From Psammoneis japonica (taxonomy: Eukaryota), in NCBI GenBank assembly GCA_008632985.1, contig QPGO01000035.1, positions 173,899-237,898 of the forward strand: a DNA stretch of 64,000 bases, written 5' to 3'. Positions within the stretch are counted from its first letter, which is position 1, and every line of letters begins with the position of its first letter. Below are positions 48,186-60,030 of this stretch, one piece after another. The notes under the pieces were generated by a model. It had not been told where the DNA came from. It did not search any database and saw only the letters and a list, made by a program, of their open reading frames with translations. The position numbers and the translations under genes are program-made.

Positions 48186-48256
48186 TGGACACCTCCAAAT
48201 AGCATTTCATTTCGTACCCCGTACGTGACCGTCACCATTTCTACACGGTTAAACAT

Positions 48257-48894
48257 TTAGTAGTACTTGCCATCGGCCTTTCCTTGGGCATCCAAAACAC
48301 CGGACCAGTAGTTGGCTTCAAAGTTGGCCTTGGCGTTGACATCAACCTGCACGCAAATGTTGGCTCCCTTCTTTTGGACGGGGTAAGTGGGAACACCAGA
48401 GGGGGCGAAAAGACCTCCAAGGAGCTTTCCAATTCCGGATGGGCACCATTTTCCGACAACCTCACCAGTCTTCAAGGAGAACTTTGTTCCAAGAACGGGG
48501 TCCTCAATAGTTCCATCGTCGAAAACCTTTCCGAAAGAAAGAGGCTGGTTCACAGGCGGGCACTTGTCACCAAGAGCGTACACTGATCCCTTGGGGTCGA
48601 CAGCGATACAGATTGCAAGACCACCGGCAACACCAGAAGTAGCACTACCAGGCTTGGGGAGATCAGAGGTGGCAATGCATGGAACATATTGCAACTTCGA
48701 CGCAAACTTGGCCATGTTCAGAGCAGTAGAGCTCTGCGCATTGAGCTGTGGTTTACGAGAGAAAAATGTCACATTAGTTGCAGGGAACGGATAAACGACA
48801 AGGTTGCGCAAGAAGAATCTCGACTTACGGCAGGCTTGGGGCTGGTGAAAGCAGCGGCCGTGGCGGCAAGAGTGGCAAAGATGGCGAGCTTCAT
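48257..48894 (-). CDS. Plastid-targeted Rieske-fold protein lacking most Fe-S ligands (PSB33/TEF5-like domain); exons 48829-48894, 48257-48745
   Basis: MKLAIFATLAATAAA-FT presequence, GTAAGT..CAG intron; YALGDKCPP..PL..G and IEDPVLGTKFSLKTGEV..KWCP follow Rieske spacing. Confidence 0.75.
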
Positions 48895-49800
48895 CCTGTC
48901 TGTGTGTGGGGGGGGCTGAAAAGATCAAGAGACAACGAAAAGAGTGAGAGTCAGCGCATGAAAATCCAAGTATTAACGACACCCATGGACGAGAGGCGAC
49001 CCGGGGAGCGCATCTGAAAAATGAATCAAAGAGATACAGCAGAGCCATGTACAGCACGTGTACGTCGACACTCGGATACGATTGCACGAAAGATGCAACG
49101 CCTTTCGCATCACTCGAGCATCATCTCTGACTCCTTCACTTCGACTGCCCCGGGTCTTTTGTTGAGCCTCATTTCCCCATGAATCATTTCCGTATTCGAT
49201 TGTCCCAGAGCGCCGCAAGGCCTCATCATCTCTCACAGAACAACATGGTACACACCTTGCAAAAGTGACAAAAGTTGTGTTCGACGGTGTGGATGCACGT
49301 ACGAAGTGCGTGGCGAAGGCAGCGGTCTGTTTCTCAGATCTGCGGCCATCCATGACGACACGTAGGTATGAAACTACGTAGAATTCTACGGCAGAGAATC
49401 TTGAAAGAAAGGCAACCTCAAGAAAATGCCGAAAAAACGCGCGAAACGTGCGATTTTCGAGGATCCAAACTGAGTCAAGGATCGCGAAGCCAGAGTTCAA
49501 CTTCGAGGCTGGTACAACTTCTACGTCAAAATCACGTACATAGTTTGTTTGATATTTTGTCTGAAGTTGAAGTCTCTGACTGCCCGAACAAAATGAGCAC
49601 CGCAAAAATTGGCGGGAACCAACGAATGCTGACGTCGGAGTTGCAAAAAACTCAACAGCTCACACCGCATGATCGTTTTCTGCAACCGATGCGAGGCATC
49701 TTTGTCTCGACGTTGTGCAAGCAAGGAGCCCGTGAACACAGCAAGAACATCTACTTACCCTTGTGACTGCTTAACTCAATCGCTTCGACAAAAAGTCAAG

Positions 49801-50748
49801 ATGGGTTCTCGACGATCGCTGGTTGTATTTTTGGCCCTCACATTTTTGGCACCATGTGCAGCTTTTGTGGCTTCTTCCAACCACATGTCGCTTTCACGTG
49901 TTGGGTCGGGAAGTCCTGCCTTTTGTTCCAGAACGCATGCTGTGGCTAGTGGAACCTCATCGTCTCTACGTATGAAGCTAGACTTAGTCACCTATCTACG
50001 AACGGAATGGATTTCTGCAGCTCTCTGCACCAATCAGACTCCAAGGTCCGCCAACGTGTGCTTGCAGCTGGGAACTGAGGACGGCCGTGCTGTAACATTT
50101 ATCCCAAAAACGATTCGGGAGCTCATTACATCGTCCGTTGAACCCGATGGTAAACTTACAGTGACAGCCAAGAGGCAGCTCAAACAACAACAGGACAGAC
50201 GGAACGCTGCGGTAGTAACGATTGTAGACCAACCAGCTGATAATTTGAAAGAAGTGGACGACGAAAGTGTGGATGTGGTAATTAGTCTGCAGGCTGCACA
50301 ACGCATGATTGACAATGGTCTTGATTGGAAGAAAAGTGTGCAAGAGGCGGCACGTGTCTTGAAACCTGGAGGACGCCTCTTGTTTGTAGAACAAACGAAG
50401 TTAAACGGAGAAGGTTACGTTGAATATGTTGCATCTTTGAGAGATCCCGCAGTCGCTCCAAAAGAACTCAAGGACGGCGAAGAAACAGATGAAGAGGTAG
50501 CCCTAGTCTTTGAAGAAGGAAATTACGATGATGTAGACTTGGTGCTGACGCCACATGTGGCTGGAGTTGCCATCAAATCAGAAGACGCTGGACTCACTGA
50601 ATCCGAGAGAAACAAGAAAGCTGCCCGAGCGGAGAAAGAGCGCGTCGCAGATTTGTCGATCGCCGCGTACGAGCGAGGTATCAAAAAACGCAAGAAGAAA
50701 AAGAAGAAGGCAAAGGATGCCGAAGCCAGTGAAGCAACTAGTACCTAG
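49801..50748 (+). CDS. Plastid-targeted class I SAM-methyltransferase-like protein
   Basis: Signal plus CAA-FVA presequence; DESVDVVIS and EAARVLKPGGRLLFVE motifs. Confidence 0.75.
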   Translation: MGSRRSLVVFLALTFLAPCAAFVASSNHMSLSRVGSGSPAFCSRTHAVASGTSSSLRMKLDLVTYLRTEWISAALCTNQTPRSANVCLQLGTEDGRAVTFIPKTIRELITSSVEPDGKLTVTAKRQLKQQQDRRNAAVVTIVDQPADNLKEVDDESVDVVISLQAAQRMIDNGLDWKKSVQEAARVLKPGGRLLFVEQTKLNGEGYVEYVASLRDPAVAPKELKDGEETDEEVALVFEEGNYDDVDLVLTPHVAGVAIKSEDAGLTESERNKKAARAEKERVADLSIAAYERGIKKRKKKKKKAKDAEASEATST

Positions 50749-51131
50749 AGAAAAGTCTTACCTTGAACATTTGCAGAGCGTTTTGAACTGTTGCAGGCAT
50801 AGCAGTTTTTGTGTTTCCAAGTGCTCCATACTTTCTATCCGTATCGCTGAGGTACTCACAAGCTCGGCAATAGCACAATAAAAATCAACAGGAGGCTCTA
50901 AAATGGTGATGTGTGATGTGACTTCCCGTGCCAGCCTGTGATGAGAGTGCTTGTCACGATGGATGGACAGACAGACACGTCTTTTGGAAGCACACCAGCC
51001 TGTACGCAATTTATTCGGGACCGGGAATCATCGAAGAATTTTCATCACATCCATCATTTTTTGTTCACGGCGACACCTGAAAACTTGTTGCAGAATTGGT
51101 GTTTCTATTGTGACGAATTACCTCGGGAACT

Positions 51132-52514
51132 ATGGATATCTTGTCTTTCTTTGACTCTCAGTCGCGATGCGAAGGATCTGATGCTGGCTCAGCTTCTCAG
51201 AATGAGGAAGCGTCTCAACACAATCAAGACAACGCGGACGTCGATGAGTTTCTGCATGTGCCCACGACTCAAACACAAGACGATGCCAACAGCGTGAGGA
51301 GTCTCGAAGATCACAATATCATTGTTGGCTTTCCACCTGGGACGCTTATGGAAATAATCCACTCGAACCAAGAGCAACAACAAGAAGAAGATGCGCTCTC
51401 AAGTTGTGGTGGGACCATTCTTTCCTCGGCGGCGTCCGGGGGTGTTATTGATATGAATATGCCTGCTTATCCCAATTCAAACGACGTCTATGCCCTTTCA
51501 CCGCACCCTCAATTTGCTGCTGGCAGTGCTTTGTCTATTTCTACCACGGAGACCATGTACGGAGACGATTTGGGGGCCATGGGAGATACTGTTGTGATTG
51601 AAGACCTGCCTTCTGAGGTGAATTCCGATGCAACTAGTGTTGAAAGTACACAGCTCCTCTCTGTCCCTACAACGTTGGAGAGCTCACTCGCAGATGACTG
51701 GACCATTGACACTTCTGATACTATATCCAACGATATCATTTCAGCTGCTAGCAGCAACAACTCTAGGGCTGCTCAGCATGATAGATCATCATACTTGAAC
51801 GTCGGTAATCGTCTGGCAACTGTTCCTGAAGGCCAGAGGTGCTCATGGTATTCCAACTACAATGAGCAGGACTGGGAGCGGTTTCGGCAAACGTCAGACG
51901 TGGTCCTGGAGGCCTTGGAACCTGATTATTCGAGCAAGCTTGTGTTACCTCCTGAAGCCCCTCCTGGTGCCTTGACGCTGGGAGCTTCGTACAAGGCCTC
52001 GGAACTCTTGCCCGAAGCACTTGTCTGCCCCCTATGCAACGATGCCATTGTTGGTGCCACAACACTGAGCTGTGGCTGTCCATCGTCAACAGTGTGTGGC
52101 TCATGCTGGGAAGAAAACGCTACAAAGCACGATTCAGAGCCACCGTGCCCCTCATGCAAAGGCCTGGTAAACCAGTCGGTCCCATGTCATGCATTGGATG
52201 TTGCGATTCTCGCTCAGATTCAGAGCTCTGAGCTAGGTACTTCCGCAATGAAAGAGTTACAACAAGCCTACTATCATCGTTTAAATCATTGGCGCTACGT
52301 GCTGGAGAAACGCCTCGAACAAATGTCCAAGGAGAAGGAAGCTCGCCGCGAGAGACTACTAGCCCAGTACATTCAACGCGAAGAGGAACTTCTTTGGAAA
52401 AAGCCTCGTCAGAAAGTCTGCTTTCCCAATATGAAGAAATGGGCATTTCTCAGTGAGATTGCAATGATCTTGCTTGCGGCGTCACTGGGACTGAGGTACA
52501 GACCGAGAAACTAG
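51132..52514 (+). CDS. RING-like zinc-finger protein with C-terminal membrane anchor
   Basis: CPLC...LSCGC....CGSC...CPSC; coiled coil; hydrophobic tail WAFLSEIAMILLAASLGL. Confidence 0.7.
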   Translation: MDILSFFDSQSRCEGSDAGSASQNEEASQHNQDNADVDEFLHVPTTQTQDDANSVRSLEDHNIIVGFPPGTLMEIIHSNQEQQQEEDALSSCGGTILSSAASGGVIDMNMPAYPNSNDVYALSPHPQFAAGSALSISTTETMYGDDLGAMGDTVVIEDLPSEVNSDATSVESTQLLSVPTTLESSLADDWTIDTSDTISNDIISAASSNNSRAAQHDRSSYLNVGNRLATVPEGQRCSWYSNYNEQDWERFRQTSDVVLEALEPDYSSKLVLPPEAPPGALTLGASYKASELLPEALVCPLCNDAIVGATTLSCGCPSSTVCGSCWEENATKHDSEPPCPSCKGLVNQSVPCHALDVAILAQIQSSELGTSAMKELQQAYYHRLNHWRYVLEKRLEQMSKEKEARRERLLAQYIQREEELLWKKPRQKVCFPNMKKWAFLSEIAMILLAASLGLRYRPRN

Positions 52515-52690
52515 ACGGTTGTTGCTATAATATCATACTTATTCTGTCAGTCTAATAAAAAGATAGTAGACCACCTAAAGCAGTCGAAAAAGGAAAAGGC
52601 AACAAAGCTTCATAAATAATATTCTCTGAATGGTCTACACTGACAAGTTATACTTTGTCTATCACAGCCCTGCTATACACTCAGCCGCCC

Positions 52691-53791
52691 TCAACTAATG
52701 GCTAGATCCAAGTCGTGTTCACGAAATTCGCCATTGCCGTTCATGCCCATAAATTCGTGGTCCTTCTTCTTTCCACAGCCACAAATCATTCGACAAGGGA
52801 AGCATACACAGCGAATAATGCAACACGTTGGAATCATGGCACAACGACAGCACGCCGCCCAGCATCCATCGGGGTTCTCTTTCATTTGTTGAGCTGTAAC
52901 AATCATGAGAAACAGGAAAAATCCAACCAGACTTCCCACGACAATAATCACATTGCGGTCATGCATCATTTCTTCTGCCGTCTCGCTATGTTCGTTCCAG
53001 TATGGGCCTTCTTCTGCGCCCAGTCCCTCCTCGTCCTCAATCACGACTGCATCGTCGTCCTTGGGAATGTACTCTACAGGTTTTTCCGTGGGAGGCTCGC
53101 CCCATCCTTCCTCCTCTTCATCCACATACTGGTCGTCGTCATCATATTCCTCATCATCATCGTACTTATCGTCGTTATCGAATACCTCCTCGGTTGGCTC
53201 GGGGGTGGCTTTTGGAGCAGGTGCAGGTGTTTCCTCAGGAGCAGGTGCAGGTGTTTCCTCAGGAGCTGGTGCAGGTGTTTCCTCAGGACCGGCGGTTGGT
53301 TCAGGAGTGTCCTCGTCATCGGGTTCTGGAGTGGGTGCAGCGGTCTCTTCTTCCGGAGCTGGAGCAGGTGTTTCTTTTTTGGGAGCTGGTGCGGGTGTCT
53401 CTTCTTCATCATCCGGCTCTGGAGTCGGCGCCGGAGTTTTTTTCACAGGAGCGGGAGCAGGTGTTTCTTCTTCCGGTTCAGCGGTTGGAGCTGGCGTTTC
53501 TTCCTCATCATCAGGTTCCGGAGTTGGAGCCGGGGTTTCTTCTTCCTCCTCTTCCTCGTCAGGAGGGGTATCCTCATACTCCTCTGGATCATAATCATAA
53601 TCACCACCGTCATTGTCTGGCTCAAGTCTTCGGACATTATTCTGAAGCTCGCCCCCCCGGAGTACTCTCTTATTAACACTACCCTGAGCTGATCTAACCA
53701 ATAAGAGGAGGCATATCAAACAGAGCCGCCCCATAATGAGACGAGAGGAGGAGGACGCCATGTTGTCGTTGCTGCTGCGGCTGCTGCTCAT
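52691..53791 (-). CDS. Type I membrane protein with acidic EETPAP(A/T)P repeats and Cys-rich cytosolic tail
   Basis: Signal-like LCLICLLLLVRSAQG; repeated TPAP units; TM VIIVVGSLVGFFLFLMIV; CWAACCRC...CCIIRCVCFPC. Start codon uncertain. Confidence 0.75.
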   Translation of the reverse strand: MSSSRSSNDNMASSSSRLIMGRLCLICLLLLVRSAQGSVNKRVLRGGELQNNVRRLEPDNDGGDYDYDPEEYEDTPPDEEEEEEETPAPTPEPDDEEETPAPTAEPEEETPAPAPVKKTPAPTPEPDDEEETPAPAPKKETPAPAPEEETAAPTPEPDDEDTPEPTAGPEETPAPAPEETPAPAPEETPAPAPKATPEPTEEVFDNDDKYDDDEEYDDDDQYVDEEEEGWGEPPTEKPVEYIPKDDDAVVIEDEEGLGAEEGPYWNEHSETAEEMMHDRNVIIVVGSLVGFFLFLMIVTAQQMKENPDGCWAACCRCAMIPTCCIIRCVCFPCRMICGCGKKKDHEFMGMNGNGEFREHDLDLAIS

Positions 53792-54311
53792 TGTGACCGG
53801 ATGACTGCCTCTCTCAACGAAAAAAGTGAATGTCTGCGCACTCTGCAGACCAACGCTTTCGCGCACTTTTTGTGTGAGGTCACGGGAATATTCAATTTCT
53901 ATGCATTGCCTAATATCGTTTATGATACTTCTTCAACGGACATGGACGTTATTTTACGGTTTCATGTGAAATCATCTGAGACACGACTCACATTTTTTGG
54001 ATTTATGCCGTGTGTTTTTCATTTGTAATCCGTGAAAGATAGTAGACAAAAGAGATGGAGGATAGGATCGTCTCTTTTCTCGCTCGATCGTTCGAGAGAG
54101 AGACACAGACAGAGCAGTTTTGCAGACCCGATCGACCCTCTTGAGAAATGGTGACCACGTGCGGGTGTGAGATGCCACGCTCGCCCTCTTCACAGAAAGC
54201 AGCGGTCCCACCAGAGGAGAGACGGTATCTCGCTACGTGTTTGAAATTTTCAAAACTCCTGCCGTTTCTACAGCGGGTCGCTTTTCGATTTTGGCGGCGA
54301 TTGCTCGTTTT

Positions 54312-54483
54312 TCGTGAACGCTGTGTAGCGGTACGTGGATTTCCAGTATTCCGGTGCAACCAGGTGAAGGAAGTATCTTTTCCACAGAGAGATCTTTTCT
54401 CCTTGCTCGTGAACGCTGCGTAATGGTACGTGGAATTCCGGTGCAGGCAGTTGAAGAAGTATCTTTTCCAGCGAGATCTTTTT
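54312..54483. repeat. Imperfect ~80-90-bp tandem duplication in an intergenic region
   Basis: cgtgaacgctg.gta..ggtacgtgga...ttccggtgca...gaagtatcttttcca...gagatctttt occurs at ~54312 and ~54407. Confidence 0.75.
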
Positions 54484-54614
54484 CAACTTGGTGCGAAACG
54501 GAGAACGCAGCTGAAGTTTCACTCTTTTTCGAATAGGACACAACGTCCAAAGTTTCACTCATTTGTGGTGTGCCGTTTGCGACAAAGAGTAACTTTGACA
54601 GAGTGAGAGAGACC

Positions 54615-55262
54615 ATGGTCGACTTTACAGTTGACCAGCGCGACATGATTGTTGAGTTGGTACGAGAAAAGCTACAAAACCTTGAAGTTGAAAACAGGGA
54701 GCAACGAGCTATTCTTCGTGTACGCCTTTTTGGCATTGTGGACGCCATCTTTGCCGATCAACCCGATCACCGAATCTTTCAAGATCTGGCAACCGAGTCC
54801 AACATACCCTTCCGAACGACTGTCGTTACAAACGATGAAAGGGGTGGTGAAGCAGGAGGGGCGAGAGTTGTCAGCGACGATGAGGAAGAAAGTGAAAGCG
54901 AGGAGGAACAAGTAAATGAGGATCAAGAAAACGAGGACGACGAAGACGAAGAAAGTTACGTCTATAGCGATGACGACGAGGATGACGAAGACGAAGAAGA
55001 GCAAGACCAGGAAGAAAGAGGATTGGACTTTGACTTTCAGGCTGGCCATGTCTATGGCAGCACTTTTGTGATGACTGGAAATGGTCGATTGGCTGTCGGA
55101 ACAGGATATCACCAAAACGACGACGGCCGACCCATGTACCGTTCCGCACGCGCAAACGATTGGGATATGAACAACTCCCCACCGGGAGCATGCTTCAATT
55201 GTGGGGGCGACCATTGGCGTATCGACTGTCGTCACGCCACTGGGAATACGACCCTTGCTTAG
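54615..55262 (+). CDS. Acidic protein with C-terminal CCHC zinc knuckle
   Basis: D/E-rich tract followed by GACFNCGGDHWRIDC. Confidence 0.65.
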   Translation: MVDFTVDQRDMIVELVREKLQNLEVENREQRAILRVRLFGIVDAIFADQPDHRIFQDLATESNIPFRTTVVTNDERGGEAGGARVVSDDEEESESEEEQVNEDQENEDDEDEESYVYSDDDEDDEDEEEQDQEERGLDFDFQAGHVYGSTFVMTGNGRLAVGTGYHQNDDGRPMYRSARANDWDMNNSPPGACFNCGGDHWRIDCRHATGNTTLA

Positions 55263-55609
55263 GATGCAAAGAATTCTCGGCTTAGTGATAAGTCAGTTTA
55301 GGCCCTCCTATCACAACTACGCCATGCATTGTAGATCAAGTCCTTACCGTGATCCTACGTGTAGCTCAGGGAGACGTCCTGATCTTGTCTACCAGCTGTC
55401 AGTAAGTTCACTACACAAACCTACTGTATATCGAACAGTGCTGGCAGTTCTCTCTAGCTAGGCAAGTTTCGATAGACAAGCCCTTTGCCCAACTACTTTG
55501 CATTCTCACATCGAAAGTGGATCGAGCGAACCACACATATGCCGGTAGCCAACTCAAATACTATTCTCATACTAGGTCGGAGAGATTGGTGTAATGCACG
55601 TACACGTCC

Positions 55610-56883
55610 CTACCAACTAGCGCCACCTCCTCCACCACCATCTGAACTACCACCACTATCACTGCCGCTGTCGTCTAGATCACGGTTGTAATAGTAGCTA
55701 GTTGTGCCGTCGGGCAGCGTCCTCCTGCCATCATATTTTGGGATGGATTTTGATATGCTATCTTGTAGATTGCAAACAGCACATTCACAAGTTCGACGCA
55801 TCTTGCCAGATCTAAAGTCTGTGGCTTCTGTAATTGTTTCCCAGTCTCGTGCAATAGTCCACTTGTTGGATCCGCACTGCTTGCAGGTTTTGCTCCCCAT
55901 TGGATACTGATTATCCAAAAACCTCCCAGCTGCAGCCAGAATAGCAGCTGCTCCAAAAAGTCCAAAAGCAAAGACATTGGCCAATTGGTCCAGCTTGTTG
56001 CCAACGCTTTGGCTCATGGTATTGACAACAATACCACTATCCACCTGGCGAAGACGATTCGCAACCCCAGCCACCACGTTGTAGACGCCTTGTCCATACT
56101 GCTGCACCTTGAACTGAGGTATGGCCTCTCTTTCCAACAAATCCACGGTCCATTCATTGTTCATGTAATTGTTAAGGCTACGTCCCACTTCAATTTCAAT
56201 TCGCCGCTTCTCTAGTAGGACCAAAACTAGGACGCCATTGTTTTTTTCTTCCGATCCAATCCTCCAGTCGTTAAAGAGCGCCGTCGCAAACTTTTTGGGA
56301 GTTGAGTATTGACCAGCGTAATTGTCGACTATGACCACTTGCAGTTCTGTACCCGTGTCTTGTTCCACAGACTGTATTTCTTCAAGGATCAGCTTTGCAG
56401 AGTAACGGTCAATGGCATTTGTGGGATCAATCAAACGTTCGGTTCGGGCCATACCAATTGTAGCAATCGATGATAATTTCGTTTGCGTGTTCTCTATGGC
56501 CCAGGCCGCTTGAGGATAAAAGTGAGCATTGAAGATACTTGTCCAACTTGTTGGTAAGGGCGTGCCCATTAGTGGGTCAGACAAAGGTGATGGTACATGT
56601 CATGTAACGGCAAGCTCGAAAATGTGATCATGAGAAAGAGTACAACACCCAAAATGTGACCACGATGAATTATACCATCACCATCATGATTGGAATTTTC
56701 TAAAGAGAATATACACGCCGAATCCATCCTTTGCTTTCTCTGAAGTTTGCAAGACCGTGCGTTTGTTGAAAACAACGTTTCGTGGAGTTTTTTGTAATAA
56801 TTATGGCGACTGGCAGGAAGAAAAGCCGCATGACAACCAAACCAAGATGAACCACCCAGGAGCCACAACAACTTCTTCATCAT
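55610..56883 (-). CDS. Plastid-targeted TPM (TLP18.3/Psb32-like) domain protein; frame change or short intron near 56530-56600
   Basis: CHA-AFLP presequence in ORF 56569-56883; FATALFNDWRIG..KNNGVLVLV...RRIEIEVG, a TM helix and a GGSSDGGGGGGASW tail typical of TPM/YgcG proteins. Confidence 0.75.
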
Positions 56884-57239
56884 CTTATGGTGTATTCGTG
56901 TACTTCTCTTATATGCTCGCTATCCCCTCGATACTTGCTGGGCTGAACACTGGAAGCTGGCTTCATGCAGTCACATCGCCATCTTCCCTCTGCCCTCTGC
57001 CGCGCTCCGAAATCGCTGCGCCAAAATCTGGAAAGCAGAAAGTGGCGAAGCGGTGGAACGCGCGGCAACTCATGCGCGCGCAACCCCGCGCGAGGATCGT
57101 TGAGTCACGAGTGACAACACGCTCGTGACTCGTGACTGGCGCCAGAACTCAGAACTCCTCATCATTTACATTCATCTCTCTCACTGCCTCACTGCATCAT
57201 CGTCGTTGTGTTTGATGACGAATTGACGAAGCTAATGAT

Positions 57240-58609
57240 ATGCAGACACCAACCAGTCGATCCATTGCTCTGATTTGTATGTATTCTCGGTGTCGTCTTG
57301 CAAGAAGTTTTTCAGTGGTATCGGTTTTATGTACAGCAAGTTGTTGGTGCCCATCAGGAGCATTCAACATTCAAAACAGATCCTTATCTTTCTTGATTCG
57401 ATCCCCAAATTCCACTCTTCTGTCGACAAAAAATCGAAGCGCTCCATTCAATCGCTGTATCAACAGCATGGCGTCCACAGGGTCAACATCGTTATCGCTG
57501 ACTTGGGAGAATGGCCGCGACGAGGCACTAGCCAAATGTGTGCTACCCATGTCGAAAACGTCACACAAGGGCTCGTCGGGTCGAGTGGGTGTGTTGGGCG
57601 GCAGTGCGAGATACACGGGAGCACCCTATTACGCCGCCATGGCCAGTCTCAAGGTTGGAGCAGACTTGGCCTATGTCTTTTGTGCTGAGGAAGCCGCCAT
57701 GCCAATAAAATGTTACTCCCCAGAGCTCATGGTGTCACCGGTATACTGCGCAGCAGATTTTGATCTGCTGGCACCAAACCTAGACAGCAACGAGTCGAGT
57801 AACGAGGAGAAGGAAGAAACCAGGTATGTAAAGGAAGGACCAGCATTAAGTTATGTTGTTGTTGCGATTCCTTTCTAAAGCAAGACCCTTGTTCAAACTT
57901 ATTGCCTTTGTTCGTTCTGCATCTGTACTTCACACAATGGCTTCTTCATACCAGACGCCTTATCGGGTCCATGGTGGACGAAGTGGTATCCATGATGGAT
58001 AGAATGCATGTCTTGGTCATTGGTCCTGGATTGGGTCGATGTCCCATGGTGATGCAAGCTACAGCAGACATTATAGAGATCGCCAAGTCGAAAAACTTGG
58101 CCATGGTGTTGGATGCGGATGCCCTGTTCCTGCTCACCTTGGAACCCTTTCGAAAGCTACTCGTTGGATATGACAATGCCATTTTGACACCCAACGTGAT
58201 GGAATACAGACGGTTAGTCCAGGCCAAGGTGCTGCCGTCTGAGAATGACACAGGCACGTTTCAACATGGGGCAGCGATTGTGGTGAAAAAAGGGCAAACT
58301 GATGTTGTAACTCAGTTCAATTACGACTCTTCCATGCCGATGCGACAATTGGAGTGCATCGAAGAAGGCGGTTTGAAACGCAGCGGTGGCCTTGGAGACA
58401 TTTTGTCTGGGACACTGGGGACCTTTGTGGCATGGAATCAAATCTTGCGAGATCGCCAAGAACCAAACGATATGGCATTGTCGTGTTGGGCGGCTTGTAA
58501 TGTTGTCAAGAGAGCTACGAAATGCGCCTTTTCCGAGAAACATCGGGCCATGACGGCACCTGATGTGTTGAGTGTGATTGGACCTACCTTTCACGAAATG
58601 ACAACCTAA
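57240..58609 (+). CDS. NAXD: ATP-dependent (S)-NAD(P)H-hydrate dehydratase; intron 57824-57954
   Basis: [63 protein letters not shown]; splice is in frame. Start codon uncertain. Confidence 0.92.
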
Positions 58610-58762
58610 CTTTCCTAGGTTTTTGCAGATTCTCTTTTGCTTCTCTAGCGAATTGCATCTTTTAGACTATCAGAAAGCAAACAGTTTATGTCTCGTCGAA
58701 GATACACAAAGAGCGCTTTGCATTGAGTGGCATATTCTACAAATACCTGGAATGCGCAACCC

Positions 58763-60030
58763 CTACCGAGCAAGCATCAAGGATACAGACACAGCGACCA
58801 TACCAATAAGGACAGTGACTGTTTTGGTCGTGGCCATGCTACTTCCTCCGTCATTATCTTTCACAAGCCAGGCACGCCAGGTAGCTTCATTTGTGGCGAC
58901 CCAATCAGCCGCTACACTGTCAATTTCCTCGCCACCAAATTCGACACGTCGAAGAAGCTCTACCTGAATCTCATTGGTCATGACAAACGCCTTGAGAAAC
59001 TCGAACAAGCGAGGGCTCTTGGCCTCCAGGCCATTGGCTCCAAACTTCTCAACAATATCGCGTGGATAATCACATTCGTATAGCCCATCCTGATTGTTTA
59101 TGGATGCGAGGCATCTTTGTGTAACCGGAGGTAAGGCGACCTTGACAAGGTTGTATTCTCCAACGGCAGCCTACGGATGAAGCATGAAACTATAGAGTTC
59201 AGAGGTGCACGGGACGATGGTTTCACACAATGATCAAACCACGAATGCTCACCTCAGGCGTCCACCAGTACATCAATATCGGTTCACGAGCATCAACCGC
59301 GTCCTTCAAAATCTCAAGGGCGTTGGATTCATTGCCAGCATATATCTGTTGAAACGGCAGTTCAAGGTTTTTAATAATTTGGTCGTCAAGGCTCGAGTAG
59401 CTAGGATCCACGCCTAGAAATCGGCCCTTGGGCGCTGTCTCGTTTGTAGCAAACAACTCCGCGGTACTATTGAGCTTGTAGAACTCCCATGACCTTGCCT
59501 CAGGATAATCTTCGATCACACTGAGCGGCAGGCAAGACGAGATGGCGAGCGTCAGAAATCTTCAGCTACAAAACTAGAAAATAAGATCATGCTAACTTAC
59601 TAATCGGGAACAAACCACCCAATTTCACCTGTAATGCCCAATTGACCGAGCCTTACAACGGAGCCATCGGCCACCAGCCCAAGCTGAAGATCATTGATGC
59701 TGGAGGGCCAGATTTCAAGAGCAGCGTCTGCCTTGTTCCCCGCCAGAGCGGTGAAGGTCGCTCCATCCCCCTTGATTTTTTCAATGTCAACTTGAACATC
59801 ATGAATTCCTTGATTAATAATGAGTTTCGCAATTCTAACGTTGAGAGCCGAGGCAGTCCTGTAACAGAAATAATAGATCAAAGGTGTAAGTAGCGTGGGA
59901 GAAATTTCACCTGAAGAGATTTACTCTCGTACCAGGCGTTCTCCACCAGTTTCACCGGTATAAATGGAAGGCTCTCGGCACCCGCCGTAGTAATGAGGGG
60001 GGCGAATGTCAAAGCAATAAAGTTTTTCAT
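58763..60030 (-). CDS. Glycine betaine/proline ABC-type substrate-binding protein (ProX/OpuAC-like); exons 59933-60030, 59601-59858, 59253-59520, 58763-59170
   Basis: Three GT-AG introns join in frame; ENAWTAS, ADAALEIWP, GWFVPDY, PILMYWWTPE, AADWVATNEATWRAWL; signal peptide and hydrophobic C-terminal tail. Confidence 0.82.
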
